Positions 27,931-36,555 of a stretch of DNA of 64,000 nucleotides are shown here, piece after piece. A program made the translations under genes and the position numbers. Source of the DNA: Candidatus Eiseniibacteriota bacterium (GTDB lineage: Bacteria > Eisenbacteria > RBG-16-71-46 > CAIMUX01 > VGJL01); the NCBI GenBank assembly GCA_041946735.1, contig JBHGAY010000008.1, positions 1-64,000 on the forward strand, read 5' to 3'. The stretch's first letter is position 1; every line of letters begins with the position of its first letter. Below the pieces are notes generated by a model. It was given only the letters and a program-made list of their open reading frames with translations, had not been told where the DNA came from and did not search any database.

Positions 27931-28596
27931 ATGACAAAGCGATCGATCGCAACGGCTCTCGCGGTCCTGGCGCTCGCGGGCTCGGGGTGCTCGCAGAACC
28001 GTGGTTCCGTCGAGGACGAGGGATCTTCGGCGGGTTCGCAAGGGACCCAGGAGCAGCAGAGCCCGGGCGGCGCTTCGCCTCAGCAGAACCCGCACGAGAT
28101 GGGAGCGGCCGGGGAGAACCAGGCGGCCGGTCTCGCGTGGGACGCGCCGGCAGGCCTCGAGCGCGCGACGCCGACGAGCCCGATGCGCATCGCGCAGTAC
28201 ATGATCCCGGCGGAGGGGCCCGGCAAGGCGGGCGAACTGACCCTCTTCTTCTTCGGCGCCGGCCAGGGAGGCGGGACCGATGCGAACCTGCAGCGGTGGG
28301 CCGGGCAGTTCGGGCAAGCGGACGGCAGCGATCCGATGTCGAAGGCGAAGACGGAGACGTTCACGAATCCGCATGGGCTGAAGGTGACCACGATCGAACT
28401 TTCCGGGCGCTACGTCACCGGCGGGATGGGCGGAGGCCCGAGCTATGACGAGCCGGGCTGGAAGCTCTACGGCGCGGTCGTCGAAGGGCAGGGCGGCCCC
28501 TGGTTCTGGAAGGGCGTCGGTCCCGAGGCGACGATGGACGCGCACCGCGACCAACTCCACGAGCTGTTCCTCAGCTTGCGTCCCGCGGCCGACTAA
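27931..28596 (+). CDS. Hypothetical lipoprotein
   Basis: Signal ending GSGC, disordered linker, domain WDAPAG..MRIAQY...GGGTDANLQRWAGQF...GPWFWKGVGP. Confidence 0.75.
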   Translation: MTKRSIATALAVLALAGSGCSQNRGSVEDEGSSAGSQGTQEQQSPGGASPQQNPHEMGAAGENQAAGLAWDAPAGLERATPTSPMRIAQYMIPAEGPGKAGELTLFFFGAGQGGGTDANLQRWAGQFGQADGSDPMSKAKTETFTNPHGLKVTTIELSGRYVTGGMGGGPSYDEPGWKLYGAVVEGQGGPWFWKGVGPEATMDAHRDQLHELFLSLRPAAD

Positions 28597-28687
28597 CGGC
28601 CGCGGCGGAACGAGTGCCGGACAGCGGCGCGCAAGAACCGCTCGAGAGGCGGGCTCCGTCGGCGCGCCGCAGCACGGCCGGCTCCGG

Positions 28688-29704
28688 TCAGATCTTCACT
28701 TCCGTCCCGACTCCTGCCGCGCGCGCGCGGTCGTAGACGCGCGCCGCCGTTGCCGCATCCTGCACCGCGAGACCGACCGACTTGAACAGCGTGATTTCGC
28801 GGTCGCTCTCGCGAGCCGTGCGGATCCCGGCGACGACCTCGCCAAGCGATGCGTGCACCTTGCTCTCGTCATATGCGCCGTCGGAGATCGGCAGCATCAG
28901 CTCGCCCGCCTCCTTGAGGCACGCGGGCAGGAAGTCCACCACGACCTTCGAACGCAACATCGTCTCGGTATCCAGCTCGCGCGCTTCCGGCGAGTGGGCC
29001 CCGATGCCATTCAGATGCGTGCCGGGTCGCAGCAACGCTCCATTGAAGAGCGGCGTGCGGCTCGACGACGCCGCGACGACGATGTCGCAGGCGAGGCAGT
29101 CTTCCGGAGCGCGGGCCGCGTGCACCGGCGCGCCGCCGATCTTCGCGGACATCTCGTCCGCGAACCGCTCGCGCGTCTCGACGGCCGGGTCGCAGACGAC
29201 GACCCGCTCGATCGGCCGCACCTCGGCCATCGCAAGCAGCTGCATGCGCGCCATCGCCCCGGCGCCGAAGATCCCGACCGTGTGCGCGTCCTTGCGGGCC
29301 AGGTACTTCGTGGCGACGCCCGACACCGCGCCGGTCCGCATTCCGGTCAGAAAGCCTGCGTCCATGATCGCCAGGAGCGCGCCCGTTCGCGGGTCGTTGA
29401 GCAGAAGGGTGCCGATCGTCGTCGGCAGGTGGTACTTCGCCGGATTGTCCGGGTAGACGGTGACCACCTTGACCGCGAGCACCTCGGTGCCGCCGTCATC
29501 CTCCGAGCCGTTGCCCGCCTTGCCGCCCACGTGCGCCGGCATCGCGAGGTGCAGGCCGTGATGGTCGGCGATCCGGATCGCCGTCCTCTGCGGCATCGTC
29601 ACCTTCCCGAGCGCGAGCTGGCGGAACCCCTCCTCGACCGCCGCGATCGCGTCCTTCATCGACAGGACGCGCGCGACCTCTTCACGTGTCAGCAGAAGCG
29701 GCAT
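28688..29704 (-). CDS. Ornithine cyclodeaminase / mu-crystallin / archaeal-type alanine dehydrogenase family
   Basis: MPA, VKVVTVYPDNP, LTGMRTGA, GAGAMA, GTHLNGIGA...RELD, LFKSVGLAVQD. Confidence 0.92.
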   Translation of the reverse strand: MPLLLTREEVARVLSMKDAIAAVEEGFRQLALGKVTMPQRTAIRIADHHGLHLAMPAHVGGKAGNGSEDDGGTEVLAVKVVTVYPDNPAKYHLPTTIGTLLLNDPRTGALLAIMDAGFLTGMRTGAVSGVATKYLARKDAHTVGIFGAGAMARMQLLAMAEVRPIERVVVCDPAVETRERFADEMSAKIGGAPVHAARAPEDCLACDIVVAASSSRTPLFNGALLRPGTHLNGIGAHSPEARELDTETMLRSKVVVDFLPACLKEAGELMLPISDGAYDESKVHASLGEVVAGIRTARESDREITLFKSVGLAVQDAATAARVYDRARAAGVGTEVKI

Positions 29705-29779
29705 CCAACCCCTTCCCTTTCTCGCCGGAATCTGCGGCCGGCGCAATGCGGACGCGATGCGAACCTTCTCCTGGCGCGG

Positions 29780-30259
29780 TCACGGGACGTCGAAGCGCGC
29801 GCGCAGCGAGCGGAGCCCCTCGTCGAGCCTCGACTCCTCGAAGACGCACGAGACGGAGGAGATCGAGGTGGAGATCGCGAGGATGTTGATCCCCGCGTCG
29901 GCGAACGACCGGAAGATGCGCGCCGCGACGTTCGGGATCTCGCGGAAGTGGGGGCCGAAGACGGCGACGGAACAGAGATCGCTCCGCGTGACGACCTTCT
30001 GCGCCTCCACCTCGTCCTGCACCCGTTCGACCGCGGAGAGCGCCTCGTCGAAATGGCGCGCCTCGACGCAGATGCAGATCGTGTCGCCTCCTCCCACCTC
30101 CGGGCAGCAGGAAATGAAGTCGACGTTGATCTGCTTCTCCCCGAGCGCCTCGAGGACCGTTCCCGCGATGCCGGGATGGTGGGGCGCCCCTTCGAGACAG
30201 ATCATCGAGAGGTCCTGCGAGACCAGGATCCCGCCGATCTTCATCCGCCCCGTCGTCAT
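29780..30259 (-). CDS. Stand-alone tandem ACT-domain protein (aspartokinase beta-subunit-like)
   Basis: HHPGIAGTVLEALGEKQINVDFI and PNVAARIFRSFADAGINILAISTSISSVSCV. GGAGG RBS. Confidence 0.85.
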   Translation of the reverse strand: MTTGRMKIGGILVSQDLSMICLEGAPHHPGIAGTVLEALGEKQINVDFISCCPEVGGGDTICICVEARHFDEALSAVERVQDEVEAQKVVTRSDLCSVAVFGPHFREIPNVAARIFRSFADAGINILAISTSISSVSCVFEESRLDEGLRSLRARFDVP

Positions 30260-30366
30260 GGCCGCCTCCGCGGCTCCCCGTGACGCTGCACGGGCCTCGC
30301 CGCCCCGTCGTCCCTCGTCTGCGCCCGCCTCGTCTGCGCCCCCCGCCTCCGCGCTTCGCGCGGCCG

Positions 30367-31614
30367 TCAGGCGTGCGGCAGCAGAACCTCCACCTGCGTT
30401 CCCTTTCCCTCCGTGCTCTCGATCCGCAGCCGCCCCTCGTACTTGCGCACGAGCTTCTGCACGAGCGCGAGCCCCAGCCCCGTCCCATGCTTTTCGACGA
30501 GCCGCGCATTCGACGCGCGGAAGTACTGGGTGAAGAGGTGCGGCATCGCCTCCTTCGGGATTCCGATTCCGGTGTCCTGCACGCGGAAGACGATCCCGCC
30601 CGGCGAGTCGCTCAACGTCACCTGGATGCGACCGCCGCGCGGCGTGTACTTGACCGCGTTGGAGAGCAGGTTGCCGATCAGGTTCTCGAGGTCCCCTTGC
30701 GCCGCCATTCGCATGAACGATCCCTCGGGACGGCACGCGCGGATGTCGATCCCCTTCGCCTCGCAGCCCGCCCGCGCCGCCTCGACCTGCTTGTCGAAGA
30801 CCGCCGCGAGCGAGACGGGGATCGGCTCTCGCATCTTGCCCGGCTCCTGGTCCTCCACCGCGAGGTCGAGGAGGTCGGAGAGCAGCTCGAGCAGGTGCGT
30901 CGCCCGACCGTGGATCTTCTCGATCAGCTCGCGCGGCTTCTCCGGGACCGCCCCGGCGTAGCCTTCGCGCATCACCTGCGCGAGCTGCTCGATCGTAGAC
31001 ACCGGCGCCCGGAGGTCGTGCGTGGTCGCGAGGATGAAGCGGCGCTTGTCTTCCTCCGCTTGCTCGAGCGCATGGCGCTGGATCCGGTACTGGGCGGCGA
31101 TCGCGACGAGCTGCGCGAGCAGCCGCACGACGTGCAGCTCCCGCAGGTTCAACGACCGGGATGGCGACTCGGCAACGCGGAACTCGCCGAGGAGCTGATC
31201 GTCCAGTCGGATCGGGATCGAGAGGATGGAGCCGAATCCCTCTCCGGCCGGATCCTTCACGGGACGGCTCGCCTCCTCCATTCCGACCGGGATGCGGCCG
31301 GAGCAGATCCCCGCCGGTTCCCCCTCGCCCTCGGGCGGGCGGACGAAGATGCAGATCCCTTCGACCTCGAGGAGGGAGCACGCCTCCTGGGCGATCCGTT
31401 CGACGGTACCCGTGAGCTGTCCGGGAGTGAGGATGCGAGTCGCCGACTCCTCGGCGAGGATCAAGCCGCGGAGGATGCGCGCCTGGCCTTCCTCGATGCG
31501 GACCATCTCCTCGCACAGACGACGTCGCTCGGCCCGGCAGCGGAGCGCCACACCGAACGCGACGATGGCCGCGACGAACAGCGCCGTCACGGCCATCCAG
31601 AGAAACACGATCAT
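30367..31614 (-). CDS. Sensor histidine kinase (1 TM, GAF-like, HisKA, HATPase)
   Basis: THDLRAPV (H box), NLLSNAVKYT, VQDTGIGIP, LFTQYFR, GTGLGLA. Confidence 0.93.
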   Translation of the reverse strand: MIVFLWMAVTALFVAAIVAFGVALRCRAERRRLCEEMVRIEEGQARILRGLILAEESATRILTPGQLTGTVERIAQEACSLLEVEGICIFVRPPEGEGEPAGICSGRIPVGMEEASRPVKDPAGEGFGSILSIPIRLDDQLLGEFRVAESPSRSLNLRELHVVRLLAQLVAIAAQYRIQRHALEQAEEDKRRFILATTHDLRAPVSTIEQLAQVMREGYAGAVPEKPRELIEKIHGRATHLLELLSDLLDLAVEDQEPGKMREPIPVSLAAVFDKQVEAARAGCEAKGIDIRACRPEGSFMRMAAQGDLENLIGNLLSNAVKYTPRGGRIQVTLSDSPGGIVFRVQDTGIGIPKEAMPHLFTQYFRASNARLVEKHGTGLGLALVQKLVRKYEGRLRIESTEGKGTQVEVLLPHA

Positions 31615-31629
31615 TTGTCCTGGAGAGGG

Positions 31630-32046
31630 CTACTTGCTGCCCTTCACCCGCGCGAGGAGCTGCTCGACCTTCGCGAGAAGCTCCTTGGGTTGCACCGGTT
31701 TCTCGAGGAACTCCTCGACCGGAAGGTAGTCGGAGTCCGCTTGCGGGTCGAACTTCATGCCGGTTCGCTGCCCGATCGCGGTCAGCATGATGATCGGCAT
31801 GCGAGAGAACGGCTCCAGGCCGGGCTCGGGCTTGCGAATCCTGTAAGCGACATGGAATCCCTCGGTGAGGTCGTCCATCATCACGTCCAGCACCATGAGA
31901 TCCGGCTTCTCCTTGGGGATCGCCTCCATGGCCCTCGTCCCGTTGGAGGCGTGCACGCATTCGTAGCCGTTGCCTTCCAGGACCAGGCGCATCGCCTCCA
32001 CGAGGTCCGGATCGTCGTCCACCAGTAAAATCTTCGCCTTGCTCAT
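31630..32046 (-). CDS. Single-domain response regulator (receiver only)
   Basis: ILLVDDD, PDLMVLDVMM, IIMLTA, FLEKP. AAGGAG RBS. Confidence 0.92.
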   Translation of the reverse strand: MSKAKILLVDDDPDLVEAMRLVLEGNGYECVHASNGTRAMEAIPKEKPDLMVLDVMMDDLTEGFHVAYRIRKPEPGLEPFSRMPIIMLTAIGQRTGMKFDPQADSDYLPVEEFLEKPVQPKELLAKVEQLLARVKGSK

Positions 32047-32160
32047 CGTCTGGCAGCGCTCCTTCATCGGCGCCCGAGCCCGGGGCCGAGTGACCGGGAC
32101 TCCGTCCCCCGTCTTCGGATGACGGAGCCCGTCCCATGGTGTGCCGGCTGAGGCGAGTTC

Positions 32161-32189
32161 ATAATAGAGGCTGACTTCGGACGCCACAA
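32161..32189 (-). promoter_or_regulatory. Putative sigma70 promoter for the RR-HK operon (TTGTGG-N17-TATTAT)
   Basis: AT-rich intergenic patch with consensus-like boxes at 17-nt spacing. Confidence 0.4.
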
Positions 32190-32237
32190 GTAGATCGATT
32201 TTGCTAATCCTGCGTAGGGGGGAAGTGGGGGGGAACA

Positions 32238-32267
32238 TTGACAGGCTGTCAGGGGTGCCCGTAGAGT
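32238..32267 (+). promoter_or_regulatory. Putative sigma70 promoter (TTGACA-N18-TAGAGT) with palindrome TGACAG-G-CTGTCA over the -35
   Basis: Read directly from the sequence at 32238-32267. Confidence 0.55.
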
Positions 32268-32346
32268 CGGCGCAACATGGCAAGGCGGGTGCCGGCCCGA
32301 ACCCGGACGGGTGCGCATCCGTGCACGAAAAACTGAAGAGGAGTCG

Positions 32347-34269
32347 ATGAATCAACTTCTGCTGGCGGCACTCGCCGTCTCCGGGGCGTTCGATCTGGTT
32401 GCTGGAATCTGGGCAATCGTACGCCCGTCGAATTTCGCATCGTTCTGGCTCGGGACTGACGTAGCCGAGCCCTCCCTTGTCATCCCGATCGTCGCCGTCG
32501 GCCTCGGCGCCCTGGCGCTCTCCCTCCTCCATCTCCTCGCCATCCACTGGCTCCGAAAGGAGAAGAAGGAAGCCTACGGCCTTTCGATCTCGCTCGGCGG
32601 CGGTCTCACCGTCGCCGCTTTGTTTCTCGTCCTGTACCGAGTCCTTGGGCACCAGCCTCTGAATCTCGCGCTCGAACTGATCGCCGAAGGAGCACGAGGC
32701 GCGGCGCTCGCCGTGATCGGTATCGCCGCCCGCAACGCTCCCGCGACCGTGAAGGAACTCCGTCTGCCGAAGGAACGTGTCCGCGAGGCTCGCGGCCGGG
32801 ACCGGCGGATGGATCAGCGCGAGGTGCGAGGGGGTGGGCGGGGCGGCCGCAGTGGCGGCCATGGCCGCGACAGGGATCGGGATCGGGAACATGATTTCGG
32901 CCAGCGCAGGGAAAGGGGCAGGCGCGGCGGCAGAGAGGGCCGAGAAGCAGCCGCACCCCGCGGAGCCGGCGGCCCTGGGCAGGACCGGCGAGAGCCGGCC
33001 GTAACGTCCAGCGCCTCCTCCCATACCGCGCGCAGGGAACCTCGCGAGTCCGTCTCTTCGCCTTCCGTACCCGGGATCCGTCCGGCGCGCCCGGCCGCTG
33101 GTCCCAGCGCGGGCGAGCGGGAGGGGCGCGACCGCTGGTCGTCCCGCCGCGGCCGGGATCGCGAACAGGATCATGATCGTGATCACACGACGCCCGTGAC
33201 CGAAGACGTCCGCTCGCTCGGGGTGGTCGTGACCGGAAAGCCGCCCGTCGGGCTCCGGCAGGACCGCCCTCGGGTCGAGAGTCCTGCAGAGACCGAGGAG
33301 GTCATTCCGCGCGCGCCGATGGTGCCTCGTCTCCGGGCCGAAAGCCTGGTTGCCCGCCCGCTCCCTCCCGATGACGAGGAGCAGGATGCGGGGACCGGCG
33401 AGGGAAGCTCGGACCGCCGCCGCCGTCGTCGTCGCCGTCGCTCCTCCCGTGGATCGTCCGGAGCCGAAGCGCTTTTCGCCTCCGAGCCGTCGCCCACCGT
33501 CGAACCGGCGGAGAGCTTCGCGATCCCGCGTCCCACGCCGCCGTCGATCCGCGAGCCGCGCCCTGAGCGTGTCGAGCGGCCCGGCGAGCGGCACGAACGC
33601 GCCGATCGTCCGGAGCGCTTCGACGGGGCGGAGCGAGCCGAGCGACCGGAGCGGCCGGAGCGCGCCGAGCGACCGGAGCGAGAGGAGCGGCCGGACCGTC
33701 CGGAGCGCCGTGAGCGACCGGAACGGCCGGAACGCCAGGAGCGCTTCGACCGGTCGGAACGCTTCGACCGACCGGAGCGCCACGCAGAGGAGTTCCCACG
33801 AGAGCTGGATCGGCCTGTTGCGGAACCCATGGCGGGCCGCGACCATCCGCTCTTCCATGAGCCACCCGCCGCCTTCGAGCCTGAGCGCTTGATCCGGGAA
33901 GATGTCAGGCCGGCGGCGGAAGCCGGGGAAGGCCAGGAGCCGATCGACATGCTCTCTGCATTCGGGAACCGCGAATCGTCCGCCGAGGCGGCAGCCTCGT
34001 CCCCGTACGGCCGTCACAAGCGCCCGTTCTCCCCGCATCGCAAGGGGAAGCAGGTGAAGCCGCGGGAGACGAAGGTCCATCACTCGCTCGGCGGCGGAGG
34101 ATACACGCCGGAACCCGCTCCGACTCCTGCCGCTGACGCTGGGGAGGAGCCGGCTCCCGCCGCGCCTCCGGAGCGTCCGAAGCGGATCGCCGTCGAGGGG
34201 AGGATCGGCCCGGCCGATGGCATCGGCCCGATCGACTTGACCGACGACAGCGATCGACAGGAGCCCTGA
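32347..34269 (+). CDS. Hypothetical protein: ~4 N-terminal TMs plus a ~500-aa R/E/P-rich disordered tail
   Basis: GAGGAG RBS, hydrophobic N-terminal ~130 aa, then an RGG-rich segment, poly-R and (ERP/ERF/ERA)n repeats. Confidence 0.75.
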   Translation: MNQLLLAALAVSGAFDLVAGIWAIVRPSNFASFWLGTDVAEPSLVIPIVAVGLGALALSLLHLLAIHWLRKEKKEAYGLSISLGGGLTVAALFLVLYRVLGHQPLNLALELIAEGARGAALAVIGIAARNAPATVKELRLPKERVREARGRDRRMDQREVRGGGRGGRSGGHGRDRDRDREHDFGQRRERGRRGGREGREAAAPRGAGGPGQDRREPAVTSSASSHTARREPRESVSSPSVPGIRPARPAAGPSAGEREGRDRWSSRRGRDREQDHDRDHTTPVTEDVRSLGVVVTGKPPVGLRQDRPRVESPAETEEVIPRAPMVPRLRAESLVARPLPPDDEEQDAGTGEGSSDRRRRRRRRRSSRGSSGAEALFASEPSPTVEPAESFAIPRPTPPSIREPRPERVERPGERHERADRPERFDGAERAERPERPERAERPEREERPDRPERRERPERPERQERFDRSERFDRPERHAEEFPRELDRPVAEPMAGRDHPLFHEPPAAFEPERLIREDVRPAAEAGEGQEPIDMLSAFGNRESSAEAAASSPYGRHKRPFSPHRKGKQVKPRETKVHHSLGGGGYTPEPAPTPAADAGEEPAPAAPPERPKRIAVEGRIGPADGIGPIDLTDDSDRQEP

Positions 34270-34312
34270 CCCAAAGCCAGGGACGACGGAAAGTCTCGCT
34301 CGGTTCGAACGA

Positions 34313-34352
34313 AGAGCGCCCGCGAATCCTCGAAAGAGGCCGCGGGCGCTCT
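34313..34352. terminator. Hairpin between convergent genes (probable bidirectional terminator)
   Basis: agagcgcccgcg-aat-cctc-GAAA-gagg-c-cgcgggcgctct. Confidence 0.75.
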
Positions 34353-34379
34353 CGTTACCGTGCCGGAGCGGAGATCCGG

Positions 34380-36290
34380 CTACATCCGGTCGGGCGCCTC
34401 GACGGTGAGAATCCCGAGGCCTCGCCGCAGCGCCTGCGCGACGCAGAGCGAGAGCTGCAGGCGGGCAAGCACGGTCGCCTCCTCCGGCGCGTCGAGCACG
34501 CGGTGCGCGTGGTAGAAGCGGGCGTAGGCGCGGGTGAGCTCGAGGAGGTGGTTCGCGACCGGAGCGGCCGAGAGCTGCCTCCAGCCGAGATGGATCATCG
34601 TGGGGAATTCGAGAAGCCGCAGGGCCAGCTCCCGCTCCTCGGGCGAGCCGAGGCGGGCGTAATCGACCCGCTCCGGCCGCACGGCCGCGTAGACCCCGGC
34701 CGGCGCGTCGGTCGCCGGCACGAGGTCCTCCTCGCGGATCGTCCCTCGCTCGAGCCCCTTGCGCACGATGCCGCAGATCCGCGCGTGGCTGTATTGAATC
34801 GCGGGCCCGGTGTCCCCCTCGAACGAGAGCTTCTCCTTCGGATCGAAGACGATGTTCTTCTCGTTGCTCACCTGCAGCAGGTAGACCTTGACCGCTCCCT
34901 GGCCGATCGCCTCCGCCGTCGTCTCGATCCGCTCCGGATCGTCCCCGCAGTACCCGCCCTCGACGATGCGCGCCCGCGCCTCGCCGTGCAGCAGATCGAG
35001 CAGCTCGTCGATGTCGACCGCCGTCCCTTCCCGGGACTTGAGCTTGCCGAGCCCGCCGGGAAGGTTCACCAGGCCGTAGGAGACGTGCTGCAGACCGGAG
35101 GCCCACGGATGCCCGAGCAGCTCGAGGATCGCGAAGAGATTCCTGAAGTGCAGGTCCTGCTCCGAGGCGACGACGTAGAGCGAGCGCGCGGCCGCGTAGT
35201 CGCGCTGCTTCTGCACCGCCGTCCCGATATCCTGGGTGATGTAGACCGCCGTGCCGTCGGATCGCAGGACGAGCTTGTCCTGCAGGCCCTTCGTCTCGAG
35301 CTTCGCCCAGACGGAGCCGTCCTCCTTGCGGTAGAAGACTCCCTTCGCAAGACCGCGCTCCACCTCCGCCTTGCCGACGAGCCAGGTGGCGCTTTCGAAG
35401 TACCAGCGATCGAAGCGGCAGCCGAGCCGCTCGTACGTCTCGCGGAAACCTTCGTAGACCCACTCGTTCATCATCGCCCAGAGCTTGAGGATCTGCGGAT
35501 CGCCGTCCTCCCAGCGGCGCAGGATCGCCTGCGCCTTGCCCATCCATTCGGATACGGCGAGGAAGCGCTCCTCCACCTCCTCGCGCCGCTCGCGATCGAG
35601 CTTCGAGAGGTCGATCCCCTCACGCTCGAGCCACGCCGCCTGCTCCTCCTTCAGGGCGGCATTGAAACGGACGTAGTAGCGTCCGACGAAATGGTCCCCC
35701 TTCTCGCCGGTCTTCGACGGCGTCTCCTCGCCGCCCCACGTCATGTAGGCGAGCATCGACCGGCAGATGTGGATGCCGCGATCGTTCACGAGATTCAGCC
35801 GCACGACCTCGTGCCCCGCCGCTTCCAGCAGGTTGGAGAGGCTCATGCCGATCGCGCTGTTTCGCACGTGCCCGAGATGGAGCGGCTTGTTCGTGTTCGG
35901 GCTCGAATACTCGACGAGCACGCGGGAGCCGGCGCCTGCCGTCAGGCTGCCGAAGGAGGCCCCTTCCTCGGCCGCGCAGCGGCAGACGGCCGCGAGCAGC
36001 GAGTCGGTCCGGAAGCGAAGGTTCACGAAGCCGCCGGCCGGGCGGGCCCATTCGAGGATGAGGCCGGGCGCCATCTCCTTCCCCGGCGCCAGGGCCTCGC
36101 TCCATCGAGCGGCGATCTCCTGGGGGGGCCGGCCGAGCGCGCGCGCGAGCGGGAACGCGGCGATCGCGACGTCCCCCAGATCGAGCGAGGGAGGGCGTGT
36201 GAGGACCGGCTCGAAATCGGCGACCGGCTCCGGAAGCCGGCGGACCAGCTCCTCCTTCAGGGCTTTGAGGATCTCCTCGATGCGGGGCAT
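34380..36290 (-). CDS. argS: Arginine--tRNA ligase
   Basis: VEYSSPNTNKPLHLGHVRN, VNDRGIHIC, RSDGTAVYITQDIG, KLKSREG, FEGDTGPAIQYSHARI, PDRM end. Confidence 0.97.
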   Translation of the reverse strand: MPRIEEILKALKEELVRRLPEPVADFEPVLTRPPSLDLGDVAIAAFPLARALGRPPQEIAARWSEALAPGKEMAPGLILEWARPAGGFVNLRFRTDSLLAAVCRCAAEEGASFGSLTAGAGSRVLVEYSSPNTNKPLHLGHVRNSAIGMSLSNLLEAAGHEVVRLNLVNDRGIHICRSMLAYMTWGGEETPSKTGEKGDHFVGRYYVRFNAALKEEQAAWLEREGIDLSKLDRERREEVEERFLAVSEWMGKAQAILRRWEDGDPQILKLWAMMNEWVYEGFRETYERLGCRFDRWYFESATWLVGKAEVERGLAKGVFYRKEDGSVWAKLETKGLQDKLVLRSDGTAVYITQDIGTAVQKQRDYAAARSLYVVASEQDLHFRNLFAILELLGHPWASGLQHVSYGLVNLPGGLGKLKSREGTAVDIDELLDLLHGEARARIVEGGYCGDDPERIETTAEAIGQGAVKVYLLQVSNEKNIVFDPKEKLSFEGDTGPAIQYSHARICGIVRKGLERGTIREEDLVPATDAPAGVYAAVRPERVDYARLGSPEERELALRLLEFPTMIHLGWRQLSAAPVANHLLELTRAYARFYHAHRVLDAPEEATVLARLQLSLCVAQALRRGLGILTVEAPDRM

Positions 36291-36336
36291 CTCTTCTCCT
36301 GTCTTCGGGAACGAAGCGGCAACAGCGAGGAACTAT

Positions 36337-36392
36337 AGCATGCGATGCCGGGCGAGCACTCGATGCCGGGCGAGCATGCGATGCCGGGGAGC
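36337..36392. repeat. 18-bp tandem repeat x3 abutting a TATAGT -10-like box upstream of argS
   Basis: agcatgcgatgccgggcg / agcactcgatgccgggcg / agcatgcgatgccgggg. Minus-strand TATAGT at 36337-36332. Confidence 0.85.
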
Positions 36393-36555
36393 GCCCGACA
36401 GGCGATTCGCGGCGCGGCCGGCACGCGCCGCCGTTGTCGAGCCGCCGTCGTCAATTCGATTGCCGCGATCGGGGCGGCTCTGACAACCTGAATGGCGCTT
36501 GCCCGCGGGTGACGATCCTGCGCGAGCGGTATGGGGACGAGAAGAGGAGGGGTCG

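Noticed and set aside
29780..32137. 785-aa minus-strand ORF
   Set aside because: Only the ACT portion from 30259 is protein-like. The upstream part is an off-frame read of the kinase and regulator genes.
31630..35547. 1305-aa minus-strand ORF
   Set aside because: Only the last 138 aa (receiver domain) are protein-like. The rest is shadow frame of argS and antisense to the 32347-34269 gene.
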